Shown: positions 1 to 9,815, numbered from the stretch's first letter. The stretch is DNA of 37,493 nucleotides from an uncultured Gemmataceae bacterium (GCA_937922175.1 CAKZUU010000144.1:1-37493), one strand, 5' to 3'. Notes: generated by a model not told the origin, from the letters alone. Numbers and translations are program-made.

Positions 1-1
1 T

Positions 2-130
2 ACACCACTGCTGGATGACATGGTGGCGGCCCTGGCGAAGAACGACGGTCGAATCCACGCCGCGATCGAAACGATCGTCTTGAGCCCCCAATTTCGCCTG
101 ATTCGAGGTCGAGATTTTACCGAGGACTAA
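2..130 (+). CDS. 3' end of a CDS entering from upstream; possibly a DUF1592/DUF1588-type partner of DUF1552
   Basis: Frame 2 is open from the window edge to TAA at 128-130 (TPLLDDMVAALAKNDGRIHAAIETIVLSPQFRLIRGRDFTED*). A DUF1552 gene, the usual partner, follows directly. The family call rests on remembered gene pairing only. Confidence 0.4.
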   Translation, partial: TPLLDDMVAALAKNDGRIHAAIETIVLSPQFRLIRGRDFTED

Positions 131-268
131 ACCCAGCACCGGAAGAACGTTGGTTGATTCGTATGAGGTCCGTGCAACGATGGACCAACATCTGAGATGA
201 GAGAAGGCTGGAGGCGACCGGTTCTTTTGTCATCAACTCTGCCCGATGTTATTTCTTTTGGAGCCGAC

Positions 269-1576
269 ATGATGAAATCGACACACCGGCTTGATCGCCG
301 CACATTTCTCCGAGGGGTGGGCGTCACGATGGCCCTGCCGTGGCTCGAATCCGCCGCTGTATGGGGCGACGATCAACCCAAGCATTCGGCTTCCGACGCT
401 CCGGTTCGCTTTGCCGTCGTGTTCGCGGGTAATGGTTTCCATAGCCGCGAATGGTGGGCCAAAGGTTCGGGCGCCTCGATGGAGTTGGGTCAGGTCTTGC
501 ACCCTCTGCGCCCGTTCCGTGAGAAAATGATCTTTTTACGAGGGCTGTACAATGCCGAGGCACTGGTCGGCGGAATTCATAGCTGCCAAACCGGCAACCT
601 CCTGACGGGCGCACGGCTGGCCCCGGGCGGAGAGGTCCGCTCGGGCATTAGTTGCGATCAGGTCATTGCCCAGCGGACCTTGGGGCAGACGAAGGTGCCC
701 AGTCTGGTCCTTGGCACCGAGCCGCCGATCGCCGCCATTCACAAAAACTATTCGATGATCTATAGCTCGCATATTTCGTGGAGTTCTCCGACGACGCCGA
801 CACCGCTCGAACTTTACCCGGCGTTGGCCTTTGACCGGCTCTTTCGCGATGAGGTCGGTAAAGCGGACCGCAGCGTCCTCGACGCCGTTCTGGAGGATGC
901 CCAAAGCTACCGCCAGCGGATCAGCACTGCGGATCAACGCCGGTTGGACGAATATTTCAATAGTGTTCGCGAGGTGGAACAGCGGATCGAGCAAGCTGGG
1001 AAGAACCGCCGCCTTCAAGGTGGGCGGCCGACTCTCGATCGCCCGGACATGCCGCGGCCTGCCGAAGGTATCCCCCAGGACATCGACGAGCATATGAGGT
1101 TGATGTGTGACATCATCGTGTTAGGATTTCGCACCGATACCACGAGGGTCGCCACGTTGAAACTTAATAACGATCATTCGTCATTGCGTTTCCCGAATCT
1201 CAAGATCGATTATATGATCCATCATTTGCTATCGCACACGGATAATGAAGACTGGTTGCGCGTCAATCAGTTTTTCACGGAGCAGGTCGCGTATATCGCG
1301 ACGAAGCTGGACGCGATTCAGGAAGGAGATCGGACCGTCTTAGACAATACGATGCTCTTGTATCTATCGAGTATGATGACGGGACATCATAACAATGACC
1401 AATTACCGGTTGTGTTGTTAGGTCGAGGTGGTGGTCGTCTTCAGACGGGACGAATTCTGGATTATCTCGGCAAACCGAATCGGAAGATGTGCAGTCTGTA
1501 TTTGTCACTGCTGGAGAAGGCAGGGGTGCATCTCAATGAGTTTGGCGATTCGAAAGAGCCTCTCGCGGAGATCTAG
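269..1576 (+). CDS. DUF1552 domain-containing protein with a Tat-type signal
   Basis: ORF 197-1576. The internal ATG at 269 gives MMKSTHRLDRRTFLRGVGVTMALPWLES, a twin-arginine leader. The remainder (VRFAVVFAGNGF, LDEYFNSVREVEQRIE, HHLLSHT) matches my memory of DUF1552. Confidence 0.85.
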   Translation: MMKSTHRLDRRTFLRGVGVTMALPWLESAAVWGDDQPKHSASDAPVRFAVVFAGNGFHSREWWAKGSGASMELGQVLHPLRPFREKMIFLRGLYNAEALVGGIHSCQTGNLLTGARLAPGGEVRSGISCDQVIAQRTLGQTKVPSLVLGTEPPIAAIHKNYSMIYSSHISWSSPTTPTPLELYPALAFDRLFRDEVGKADRSVLDAVLEDAQSYRQRISTADQRRLDEYFNSVREVEQRIEQAGKNRRLQGGRPTLDRPDMPRPAEGIPQDIDEHMRLMCDIIVLGFRTDTTRVATLKLNNDHSSLRFPNLKIDYMIHHLLSHTDNEDWLRVNQFFTEQVAYIATKLDAIQEGDRTVLDNTMLLYLSSMMTGHHNNDQLPVVLLGRGGGRLQTGRILDYLGKPNRKMCSLYLSLLEKAGVHLNEFGDSKEPLAEI

Positions 1577-1593
1577 ATGAGAGAACGGAGGGA

Positions 1594-2388
1594 TCAGACG
1601 TCGCGTCGAGAGAAGCCGACCAGGCCGATGGCGGCGACAAGGGTCGAGGCCAGGATGCTGTAGCCGAGAACGTCGGTGACCAGGGTGGGATCGAACTCGC
1701 CGCGAAGGGTGGCGGGCAAGTGACGCAAAATGCGGTCGGGAGTTGGATGATGGCTGGGAAGCAACTCGAGCAAAGCGCCGCCGCCGTAAAGGGCGAGCCA
1801 AAGGAGGGTCATGGCGACGCGAGAATCATTGGTCAAGGCGCTGAGGGTGACACCGGCCGACGCGACAAGGAAGAACAAGGACGATACAAGAAGAAGAGCG
1901 GCAAGGCTGCCAGTCAAGCTGAGATTTTCGTGCAACAAGAAATGGCTGGCAACTAACATCACACCGCTCAGAATCATGAATGTCGCGACCACGGTGAGGA
2001 CACGGGCATGCCACTTGGCGAGGAAGTATTGGTAGCGGCTGATACCGCGGCTGAGAACAGAGTCGGCCAAGGTCCCGCGCTCACTGGAGATACTGCCGAC
2101 GGTGATCGCGGCGATGACGGCGGCGGAACCGAGAACGACCCAACGTAGCAAATCACTCATGACGAGATTGGCTTCTTGAATCACTCCCGCTTCGCGGTGA
2201 ACGCCCAGTCGATACAGCAAGTAACCGAAACCCAACAAGAACATCGCCAAAAGCCACAGGCGATACACCCAACTCCGCATCGTCTGCCGAATGTCGGTCT
2301 GCAGGACCGCGAGGTAGGGGAGCCAACGCTTGTACTTCAGTCGAATGGGGATCGTCACCGCGTCCATAGGCCACCTGCGTGAGGTCAA
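1594..2388 (-). CDS. ABC-2 type transporter permease (multi-pass membrane protein)
   Basis: 264-aa ORF with about six hydrophobic segments, immediately downstream of an ABC ATPase. The TTG start at 2388 overlaps the ATPase stop (TTGA). An alternative ATG lies at 2367. Confidence 0.75.
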   Translation of the reverse strand: MTSRRWPMDAVTIPIRLKYKRWLPYLAVLQTDIRQTMRSWVYRLWLLAMFLLGFGYLLYRLGVHREAGVIQEANLVMSDLLRWVVLGSAAVIAAITVGSISSERGTLADSVLSRGISRYQYFLAKWHARVLTVVATFMILSGVMLVASHFLLHENLSLTGSLAALLLVSSLFFLVASAGVTLSALTNDSRVAMTLLWLALYGGGALLELLPSHHPTPDRILRHLPATLRGEFDPTLVTDVLGYSILASTLVAAIGLVGFSRRDV

Positions 2389-3386
2389 GCGGCTTCATTG
2401 GCAGAATAGAGCCGAGTGAAACCGCGCGATTCCTCCGTCTCCACCAAATCGAGATACGCCTGTTCGGTCTGCTGTCCGACGCTGCGAATACTGACCAGGT
2501 TGACTTTGTTGTCCGCGAGCGTGACGAAGACATTCGCCAAGGCCGTGCAATTCGAGGCATCGGCAGCGAGCAACAGTTCGAGCCGACGTTGCTTCAGTTG
2601 CACCTTGCTGAATTCATTCATGGTCTTGATGATTTGAACGGCCTTGGTGATCGTTTTTTGATCGCCTTCGAGGTCGAGTTCGTAGTGATTTTTTCGGATG
2701 CGGCCCTTCAGCTCGGAGAGCGAGCCGTGAAAAATCAACTGCCCGTGATGGAGCACCGCCGTGTGATTGCAAACTTCGTCGACATCGTTGAGATTGTGGC
2801 TGGAGAGGATCAAGGTTTTCTCAGCGGCCAGCGTTTTGATCAGTTCCAGCATGGAGCGACGCGCTTCGATGTCGAGATTGTGCGTCGGTTCGTCCCAGAT
2901 GAGCAGGTCCGGCTCGTTGATGAGGCTGGCGGCGACGGCCAGTCGGGCCGTCATGCCATGCGAAAATCGCTCGATCGGATCACCACTGGCGTTTAATAGA
3001 TCGACGGCACGGATTAATGACGCCAATCGGGGTTTGCGAATGTCGCGAGGCAGGCCGAACAGCCGGGCCATATAGTCCAGATAAGCGATGGGGGTCATTC
3101 CCCGGGGGAATTGGGGATTGGTCGGGATGTAACCGATGCGACGGCGTAAGTCGGCCGCGTTCGGTGTCATCCGCCGACCAAATACTTTAACCTGACCCGC
3201 CGTCGGTCGATGCAACCCGAGAATCAAACGCAACAACGTCGTCTTTCCCGCCCCGTTCGGACCGAGCAACCCGAGAACGTGGCCTGGCTCGATCGCCAAA
3301 GTTACGTCATTGATGGCGATGTTGCGGTTTTGGTAAATCTTGGTGAGCCGGGTCGTTTCGACCACCAACGTGGCATCGCGGGCCAT
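2385..3386 (-). CDS. ABC transporter ATP-binding protein
   Basis: Walker A GPNGAGKTT, an LSHGM signature-like motif and Walker B LLIWDEPT. The ATG at 3384-3386 is preceded by GGAGGGGAG. Confidence 0.9.
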   Translation of the reverse strand: MARDATLVVETTRLTKIYQNRNIAINDVTLAIEPGHVLGLLGPNGAGKTTLLRLILGLHRPTAGQVKVFGRRMTPNAADLRRRIGYIPTNPQFPRGMTPIAYLDYMARLFGLPRDIRKPRLASLIRAVDLLNASGDPIERFSHGMTARLAVAASLINEPDLLIWDEPTHNLDIEARRSMLELIKTLAAEKTLILSSHNLNDVDEVCNHTAVLHHGQLIFHGSLSELKGRIRKNHYELDLEGDQKTITKAVQIIKTMNEFSKVQLKQRRLELLLAADASNCTALANVFVTLADNKVNLVSIRSVGQQTEQAYLDLVETEESRGFTRLYSANEAA

Positions 3387-3592
3387 ACGGCTCCCCTCCC
3401 TTCCTCGAAGGAAACGCTATAAACCCACTTCATCCCCATGAAAAGGGCAATTTCTCTCGTCGCCGGCTTGACGCCCGAGACGAGTCGCTCGGATTGGATC
3501 GAAGCGCTACCCAATTTAGCGTTATGTGCCCCGGCTTCCCAATCTGACCAGTTGATATTCACTTCGTCTCCGCGACGTCGATCGCTCCGCCG

Positions 3593-4615
3593 CTAGCTGC
3601 GTGTTTCCCAGACTTGCAGCCCGGTGGTGTCGATAAACGCGGGCAAGACGAGCATGCCTAATTCCTCGGCGACGCGCCGGACCCGAGTGTTGTGATTGCG
3701 CTTCACGAGAATCGTGACCGTGCCCCCGCCGCCGGCACCATTCGCTTTAAATCCGACCGCTCCGGCCTCGAAGGCGGCTGCATACAACGCTTCGATCTCC
3801 GGTGTCGTGATGTCCGGGTGCAATCGCTTTTGTGCTTCCCAGTTCATGTTCATGGCAGCGGCGAAGGCGTCCAAATCGTCGGCCAGCAACGCTTCTTTGC
3901 CCAAAATGGCGGCTTGGGCCAACTGGGCAAAGTCGTCACGGTGCCGATCCGCCTCGCTGATGACCTTCTGATGCATGGCGCTGGAGAAATGCGATTTGCC
4001 CGTGTACACCAGAACGAATCGGTCCTCCAGTTCGCAGCGAGTTGCCTGACTGAGCGGCAGTGGAAAGACGCGGGCGGAGGGGTATTCGACCTCCATGAAA
4101 CTGGTCCCGCCGTAAGCCGCCGCAAATTGGTCCTGTACGCCGCATTCGAGCTTCAAATCCTCCACCTCGAGCAATTGCGATTCGCGGGCCAGTTCATGGG
4201 GGAGCAACCGTCGGCCCTGATAAGCGGCCAACGCCCCCAAGGCGGCGACACCAAGCGCGGCTGAAGACCCCAAGCCGCTGGCGGGCGGGGCGTCGGATCG
4301 AACTTGGACGGTGATGTCCCAGCGAACTGAGTACAGGCCGCTCCGACGCGACTGAATCCCCGAGCGAGCAACTGCCGCCTTCAGCAGGTCGAGTACGCCG
4401 TTGTACTCGATCTGACGAACGTCGTGAAAGTGATAACGCTCGTCGGTGTCCAAGCTCTCCAGCGTGAAGCCGCCGGTTCCCTCTTTGACCCGCAGCGTGA
4501 CGTAGGTGTACAGCCGAGCGGCGAAGTTCAGCACCGCCCCCTGGGGGACAATCCGTGTGTCGGTCCAACCTCCCAAATCGCAGAAGCGAACCGGAGCTCG
4601 AGCGCGCCATTCCAT
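3593..4615 (-). CDS. GHMP-family sugar kinase (HddA/fucokinase-like)
   Basis: RAPVRFCDLGGWTDT N-terminal motif and GHMP motif PPASGLGSSAALGVAA. The ORF opens with GTG at 4630, but the ATG at 4615 (MEWRARAP) fits family N-termini better. Confidence 0.8.
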   Translation of the reverse strand: MEWRARAPVRFCDLGGWTDTRIVPQGAVLNFAARLYTYVTLRVKEGTGGFTLESLDTDERYHFHDVRQIEYNGVLDLLKAAVARSGIQSRRSGLYSVRWDITVQVRSDAPPASGLGSSAALGVAALGALAAYQGRRLLPHELARESQLLEVEDLKLECGVQDQFAAAYGGTSFMEVEYPSARVFPLPLSQATRCELEDRFVLVYTGKSHFSSAMHQKVISEADRHRDDFAQLAQAAILGKEALLADDLDAFAAAMNMNWEAQKRLHPDITTPEIEALYAAAFEAGAVGFKANGAGGGGTVTILVKRNHNTRVRRVAEELGMLVLPAFIDTTGLQVWETRS

Positions 4616-4929
4616 CGTGACATGCCTCACGGCAAAAGATGTGACTCTCCTTGCTCGCTATGGTATGCCGCCCCGTAGGTCGGCGACAATGTGCCACGGC
4701 GCGCTACTCCTTCGGCTCCAGCCTCATCATCGTCGGCGGGACCAGTGACTTCGCCGATTCGATCATCTGGAGCAATTGGACCAGATCCAAGGGCGGTTCG
4801 CTCGCCCGAGGCCCCTTTTCAACGAGGCAATGCACCTTGTGCTGTTCGACCATCGCCATCACGTCGGTTCAATGCTCCAAGGCCATCGCCCAATTGCTGG
4901 CTTCGACACCCCACATGAACAGATCGTCG

Positions 4930-5607
4930 CTAAGCTGGTCCGGCACATTGGCGTTCATGTTGATCCACCAGGTACTCGAGCCATTGTTTCATTCCTTCGC
5001 CGGTCTTGGCTGAGATTTCAAACACAGGCATCCCCGGCCGCACTCGGTGGATCGCTTGCCGCGCTGCCGATCGATCAAATTCGGCTGCGGCGGCCAAATC
5101 CATTTTCGTGATCAATGCCACGTCCGAGGTGTGGAAGATCGTCGGATATTTCAGGGGTTTGTCTTCGCCTTCGGTGACCGAAAAGAGGACCGCCCGTTGC
5201 AACTCCCCGAGATCGAATGTCGCGGGGCAGACGAGATTGCCGACATTTTCGATGAAGAGAAAATCGAAGTCGCGCCAAGGCCCATCGCCCAGCGCCTCGC
5301 GGATCATGGCTGCTTCGAGATGGCAGACGGTGCCCGTCACGATTTGGCGAACGAAAGCCCCGCTCCCTGCCAACCGTTGGGCGTCGTTGTCCGTGGCCAG
5401 ATCGCCTACCAAGGCTGCGACCTTGTAACTTCGCTGTAGGTGTGTCAGCGTCTCTTCCAAAAGCCGGGTTTTTCCCGAACCCGGACTGGAGACCAAACTG
5501 ATGACAGTGACTCCCGCTTCGTCGAACGCTTGCCGCAGTTCTCGGGCTACCGTGTCGTTGTGCTTGAGCACCTGACGGCGGACTTCGACCAGTCTTGTGG
5601 TCGCCAT
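4930..5607 (-). CDS. hypB: Hydrogenase/urease nickel-incorporation GTPase HypB
   Basis: P-loop SSPGSGKT, the CH motif TGTVCHLEA, ENVGNLVCPA, TEGEDKPLKYP and TKMDL. Confidence 0.9.
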   Translation of the reverse strand: MATTRLVEVRRQVLKHNDTVARELRQAFDEAGVTVISLVSSPGSGKTRLLEETLTHLQRSYKVAALVGDLATDNDAQRLAGSGAFVRQIVTGTVCHLEAAMIREALGDGPWRDFDFLFIENVGNLVCPATFDLGELQRAVLFSVTEGEDKPLKYPTIFHTSDVALITKMDLAAAAEFDRSAARQAIHRVRPGMPVFEISAKTGEGMKQWLEYLVDQHERQCAGPA

Positions 5608-5611
5608 GATA

Positions 5612-5953
5612 TCACTCTTCTATTTCGACAGCCGTGATTTCCAACTCTCGACCGCGAACGACCTCTTCGACGTTACCGCAGATGGGACAGACCAGAGCAT
5701 CGAAAGTCAGCAGTTCCCGTTTCGCCGGGCAGCGACGACACTCCACGACAACGGGCACCGGCTCGATCACTAACTCGGCCTGCTCGAGCGGCGTACCGAT
5801 CCGAGCCATCGTGTAAGCCGACGCCAGCGCCTCGGCAACCACTCCGCTCAAAGCCCCGACGCGAACATGTACGGCACGGACGATGCCGCTCTGATTCGCG
5901 GCGACCTCGGTCGCTGCCTCAATCAGGCTCACGGCAATGGAGAGTTCATGCAT
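5612..5953 (-). CDS. hypA: Nickel metallochaperone HypA
   Basis: Starts MHELSIA (the MHE nickel site). Zinc cysteines CRRC...CPICG. 113 aa, with a 4-nt gap to hypB. Confidence 0.9.
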   Translation of the reverse strand: MHELSIAVSLIEAATEVAANQSGIVRAVHVRVGALSGVVAEALASAYTMARIGTPLEQAELVIEPVPVVVECRRCPAKRELLTFDALVCPICGNVEEVVRGRELEITAVEIEE

Positions 5954-6068
5954 CCCTTATTATACGCCGGTGAAATGCCTCATCGGCGCCCAAACGGCAG
6001 CCTGCCCTATGAGATCGGGAGAGATTGTCGAGAGAGGCGAGGAAAAATAAAGTGCCGTCGAGCTATTA

Positions 6069-7247
6069 TCATGGCTCCTCATTCAGAATCGCTTCAATGA
6101 ACTTCTTCCGGTCGACGTTTTCATGTTTGTCGTTCCACCTTTTCTCCGCTTCCATGCCTTGTTTCACTCGTTCCGCGACACACCGGCGGAGCCGTCGGTC
6201 CTGGAATCGGCCGGTGGGCTTCTTCAATTCCTCAAGAAGCTTTATCCATTCTCGCCTTTCCGACTTATTGCGGTGATTTTCAAGAAACTCATGAATGAGT
6301 CGCTCCTCATCGGTCATCGCGGCAAGTTGAGCCTGTCGTTCGGCCTCCCGACGTTCTTGTTCTCTCTTCTTCTGCTGCTCTGACTCTTCTTTGGTCCAAG
6401 CAGCGCGATCAAACAGCCCGTAGCCGCTGTTCGTCTTTCCGCCGATGCCCCAATCGAAGAGCGCCTCTCGCACGAGCAGCAAGGACAGGTCGAGCCAAGC
6501 CGCACTTTGATCGGAAGGCGGCCCGTTCCAACTCAGGGCGAAAAAGAATTTGCCGGAGACCGACAAAAACGGGACGGGATTAGGGCTGTCAAAATCCGTC
6601 GGCGGCGTCTCACCTTCGATCCACCTTGGATGGTGCGGCGTCATCACATCCAGCTTGAGCGGTCTGGCGTCCGATTCAGGGACGAACCAGGCGTCGTGAA
6701 ACGTCACACAACCGGCGTCATCCGTATTCCCAAATATCAAGCGGTAATAGTTATCATCGGGTTGAGGCAGTTTGCCGTCGAGAAACGCGCGATAGGCCGA
6801 ATCTACCGCTTCCGTCGGCTTTTTAAAGCGATGATTAACCTCTCCCCAAACTTGATGGCAATAGTGAGCGGCCAAACCTTTGACCGCTGAGCCGGGGATC
6901 CAAGGCATCCCATAGGTGTGATGAAGAGTGATCCCCGTTTCGAGGACGTTTTCCGAGCCGAGACCCACGATGAGCCTCTTCAGTGTTTGCAGTTTGCAAG
7001 AGACCGTCTTGGCCGGCAATGAACGAATCCAACGTTCATAAGCGGCACGATAGAGATCTCTCGTCTCATTCTTGGAAATTGCCTCGATGGCGGCGTTGAG
7101 GAGGATTCGTTTTTCCTCAGGATCGCCATCCTGACCCGTCGCCCAACGGGCTAAATACCGTTGCAGCAGCAGACCCGGGTGGTTATCGACTTTGCCCCGG
7201 TTGGGAAGGACCGGTTCGAGGTTCATCCGAGCGGCGGGACGTGACAT
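6069..7247 (-). CDS. cmr6: Type III-B RAMP protein Cmr6 with a ~113-aa C-terminal extension
   Basis: N-terminal NHPGLLLQRYL, central IPGSAVKGL and a glycine-rich loop GIGGKTNSGYGLF. The ATG at 7245-7247 overlaps the cmr5 TGA by 1 nt. The tail after GYGLF (6072-6410) is Lys/Arg/Glu-rich. Confidence 0.88.
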   Translation of the reverse strand: MSRPAARMNLEPVLPNRGKVDNHPGLLLQRYLARWATGQDGDPEEKRILLNAAIEAISKNETRDLYRAAYERWIRSLPAKTVSCKLQTLKRLIVGLGSENVLETGITLHHTYGMPWIPGSAVKGLAAHYCHQVWGEVNHRFKKPTEAVDSAYRAFLDGKLPQPDDNYYRLIFGNTDDAGCVTFHDAWFVPESDARPLKLDVMTPHHPRWIEGETPPTDFDSPNPVPFLSVSGKFFFALSWNGPPSDQSAAWLDLSLLLVREALFDWGIGGKTNSGYGLFDRAAWTKEESEQQKKREQERREAERQAQLAAMTDEERLIHEFLENHRNKSERREWIKLLEELKKPTGRFQDRRLRRCVAERVKQGMEAEKRWNDKHENVDRKKFIEAILNEEP

Positions 7248-7624
7248 CAGAAATTTTCCTCCTTTTCGTCGGCGAGCGCTTCCACATATCGTTTCAGCCA
7301 ACTGGCGGCCAGCAGGGTATTTCGGCTCAGACGTAAATAGGCGCTCAGATCGGTCGTCCGCGATTTCTCCGCGAAATCCTCTACCGACCCAATGCCCGAT
7401 TGTTGCGCTCCCCTGAGGACCGCTGCGAGATCATCCAGATACTCGTTTTCCTTTTTCGCCTGAGCAAAAGCGACCGCTTGCACCAAGCCACAGGTGTGAA
7501 TCAGGGAAGGAAATTTCTTCGCGAAAGTTGTGTACTCCTTAAAGTTAACTTGAGAATCACTCTTGCGGGCTTTCACCGCTGGAAACGCGGCTCGGGCTAA
7601 ACGTTGACTGAGTGTGTCCATCAT
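7247..7624 (-). CDS. cmr5: Type III-B small subunit Cmr5
   Basis: 125-aa helical protein in the canonical position between cmr4 and cmr6. It has a 4-nt ATGA overlap with cmr4. Confidence 0.8.
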   Translation of the reverse strand: MMDTLSQRLARAAFPAVKARKSDSQVNFKEYTTFAKKFPSLIHTCGLVQAVAFAQAKKENEYLDDLAAVLRGAQQSGIGSVEDFAEKSRTTDLSAYLRLSRNTLLAASWLKRYVEALADEKEENF

Positions 7625-8592
7625 GACACCTCCGTAAACCGACAGTAAACTTGCCCACGACCGATTGTCGCCTTGCCACCAATTTGCAAAGTGATCGGCT
7701 CGGTAGCATACTTGTCTAACAGGTCCTTGGGGGTGATCTTTTGACCATTTTCGTTATGGTTGCAAAACACTCGATCGCACTGGATCACGCCCATGAGGAT
7801 CGTCTCGGCCGGTAGCGATTCCTCGGTCCAAAGCGCACCCTTCGTGACGACCTTCGTTTCATCGTCGATTCGGACCCGGGTATGAACTTCGGTTCCCGTT
7901 TCACACAGGAAATCGAAAGCCAGATCGGGGACGACAACGAATCGGTTCTGGAAATAGGTCCTCCACTTGTCGCCCTCCTCGAACACAAAGCTCGCGATGG
8001 TGCTGGCCCAGCTCGTTGCCGTGGGGCAGGCTGTCGCCTTGAAGTCGAGATCTTCGAGAAAAACCTTTTGCTCAATGCGATTCGCGCCAGCGACATTGAC
8101 GTGGCTTTGCTCGACCAAAGCCGACGGTTCGGAAACGTGGCAAGTATCATCGGCTAATGCAGTTGGTGCCGACGGTAACTTCGTCGCGTCGATACCTGCC
8201 AGGGTCAGCGTGCGGTGCAACATTTGGAGGCACAGAGGCGAGGTGGCCCATGAAAACGTGCCGCGAAAGCTCCGGATCGGCAAACAAACCAGCCGCGCAT
8301 CGGTCGGCATGATCGCCCCGGAGTTCGAGACATTGCTTTCCCCGCCAAGTCCGAAAGCCGCTCGCAACTCGGGCTTATGTTGACGCGCTTCATTCGTGGC
8401 ACAATAACGGTCCGCAAGGACCCCCTTGAATGCCGACCCACGAATGATCGGCCATCCTGTCACCGTGTCGCGATCAATCGGCAAGTCGATGTAACCTAAG
8501 CCGCGGCCGATCCCCACATGCGTCGGACTCAAACAATGCAACCAATATAATCGAACCGATCGGTTATCTGGCATGGATCTGACCTCACTCAT
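7621..8592 (-). CDS. cmr4: Type III-B backbone RAMP Cmr4
   Basis: SPTHVGIGRGLGYIDLPIDRD and IIRGSAFKGVLAD. The Asp in IDLP (residue 36) sits at the position of the target-RNA cleavage Asp. C-terminal G-rich loop QIGGKATIGRG. Confidence 0.9.
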   Translation of the reverse strand: MSEVRSMPDNRSVRLYWLHCLSPTHVGIGRGLGYIDLPIDRDTVTGWPIIRGSAFKGVLADRYCATNEARQHKPELRAAFGLGGESNVSNSGAIMPTDARLVCLPIRSFRGTFSWATSPLCLQMLHRTLTLAGIDATKLPSAPTALADDTCHVSEPSALVEQSHVNVAGANRIEQKVFLEDLDFKATACPTATSWASTIASFVFEEGDKWRTYFQNRFVVVPDLAFDFLCETGTEVHTRVRIDDETKVVTKGALWTEESLPAETILMGVIQCDRVFCNHNENGQKITPKDLLDKYATEPITLQIGGKATIGRGQVYCRFTEVS

Positions 8593-8595
8593 GGA

Positions 8596-9807
8596 TTACC
8601 AAATCCCCCAAACCGCGATTCCAAAGCCATCTCTTCGGTCTTGCACGTCGTCGCAGACGGACGTGAGCCAGCGATGGCAAAGCTCCGCCGCTTCGCCTGA
8701 TTCCACCTTGAAGTAATAGATTCCACCTGCCGGAACCATTCGACGTAAGGGCCTTGGCCCGTGTCGTCCTTTGCGCCAATCCCAGGAGAACCGTGATAAC
8801 GCTCTCCAGCGATCAGTTAGGACGCCCACCAGTCGCAGGGTAACGCCATTCATATCGGGTGGCGATCCCAGGCCGCCTTGCAACCATCCCGGCATCGAGC
8901 CGTTCGAAAATAATCCGGGCGTGACTAACATCATGCAGACACGCTGGGCACCCTGAAGAGCCGTCTGCACTATTTCTGGACAAGACCATAACGATTGGTG
9001 CGTTGGTGCGGAGCGCCACGCCACCAGTCTCTTGTTTCCACCCAGCGGATGCAGAATCTGAACCGGATGCGTCAGGAACGTGTTGGAGACACGAGTACTC
9101 AACACGACGGACCGGCAACGCTTCCAAAACGCGTCTTGTTCCCTCGGGTTCCTCGAAGCAGCTGAAGGACTCTTATAAATCGGCAACCGGTCAACATACA
9201 GATCGCTGACGGCGAACAGTTTGCTTTCCTCAGCACTACCCGAGCTGGGATTGATGGCGACTCGATTCCGAAGACTGTTCATCGCCTGATCGAGGAAATG
9301 TCCATTCTCGAACGGCGCCGGGCTGGCGGTGGCCATTTTCCCGCAGAGCCATTGGGCTAGATAATCGACAGGCCACCAGGCGGGGGTGCGTTTTGGCTTG
9401 AAATCCTCGTCGGGTGCGCCGTCGAGCAACACAGGCCAAAGATTGTCGGGCAGACTGCTTCCTTCACCGTCTTTCGGTTCCTGTGGAATCGCACGGTACA
9501 CGACGCCTGGGCCATTTTTTGTGTCCCCACTCCAAACACAATTCAGGGGAGCGGGCAAAAATAACCGATCGTCGGCGACCGGTAGGAGACCTGCCACTTC
9601 GACCTGAAGAAGTTCTTCGATGGTTGCTTCGTCGAAGGTGCGGTCGGGTTGGCCAACGAGGATGGCCCGTCGTGCCGAGCCAGCCACCGCGGACGGCAAG
9701 GGCCAGGGCAAACCGCGCATGCGATTCCCCGTTCCATCGCCGAAGGGCCGTCCGTCGCGGGCTACGATGGGATCAAGGCCCGAGATTTCAAGGTAGGTGT
9801 AGGTCAT
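8596..9807 (-). CDS. cmr3: Type III-B Cmr3
   Basis: The N-terminus LDPIVARDGRPFG is typical of Cmr3, and the gene lies between cas10 and cmr4. Confidence 0.85.
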   Translation of the reverse strand: MTYTYLEISGLDPIVARDGRPFGDGTGNRMRGLPWPLPSAVAGSARRAILVGQPDRTFDEATIEELLQVEVAGLLPVADDRLFLPAPLNCVWSGDTKNGPGVVYRAIPQEPKDGEGSSLPDNLWPVLLDGAPDEDFKPKRTPAWWPVDYLAQWLCGKMATASPAPFENGHFLDQAMNSLRNRVAINPSSGSAEESKLFAVSDLYVDRLPIYKSPSAASRNPREQDAFWKRCRSVVLSTRVSNTFLTHPVQILHPLGGNKRLVAWRSAPTHQSLWSCPEIVQTALQGAQRVCMMLVTPGLFSNGSMPGWLQGGLGSPPDMNGVTLRLVGVLTDRWRALSRFSWDWRKGRHGPRPLRRMVPAGGIYYFKVESGEAAELCHRWLTSVCDDVQDRRDGFGIAVWGIW

Positions 9808-9815
9808 GGATGCAC

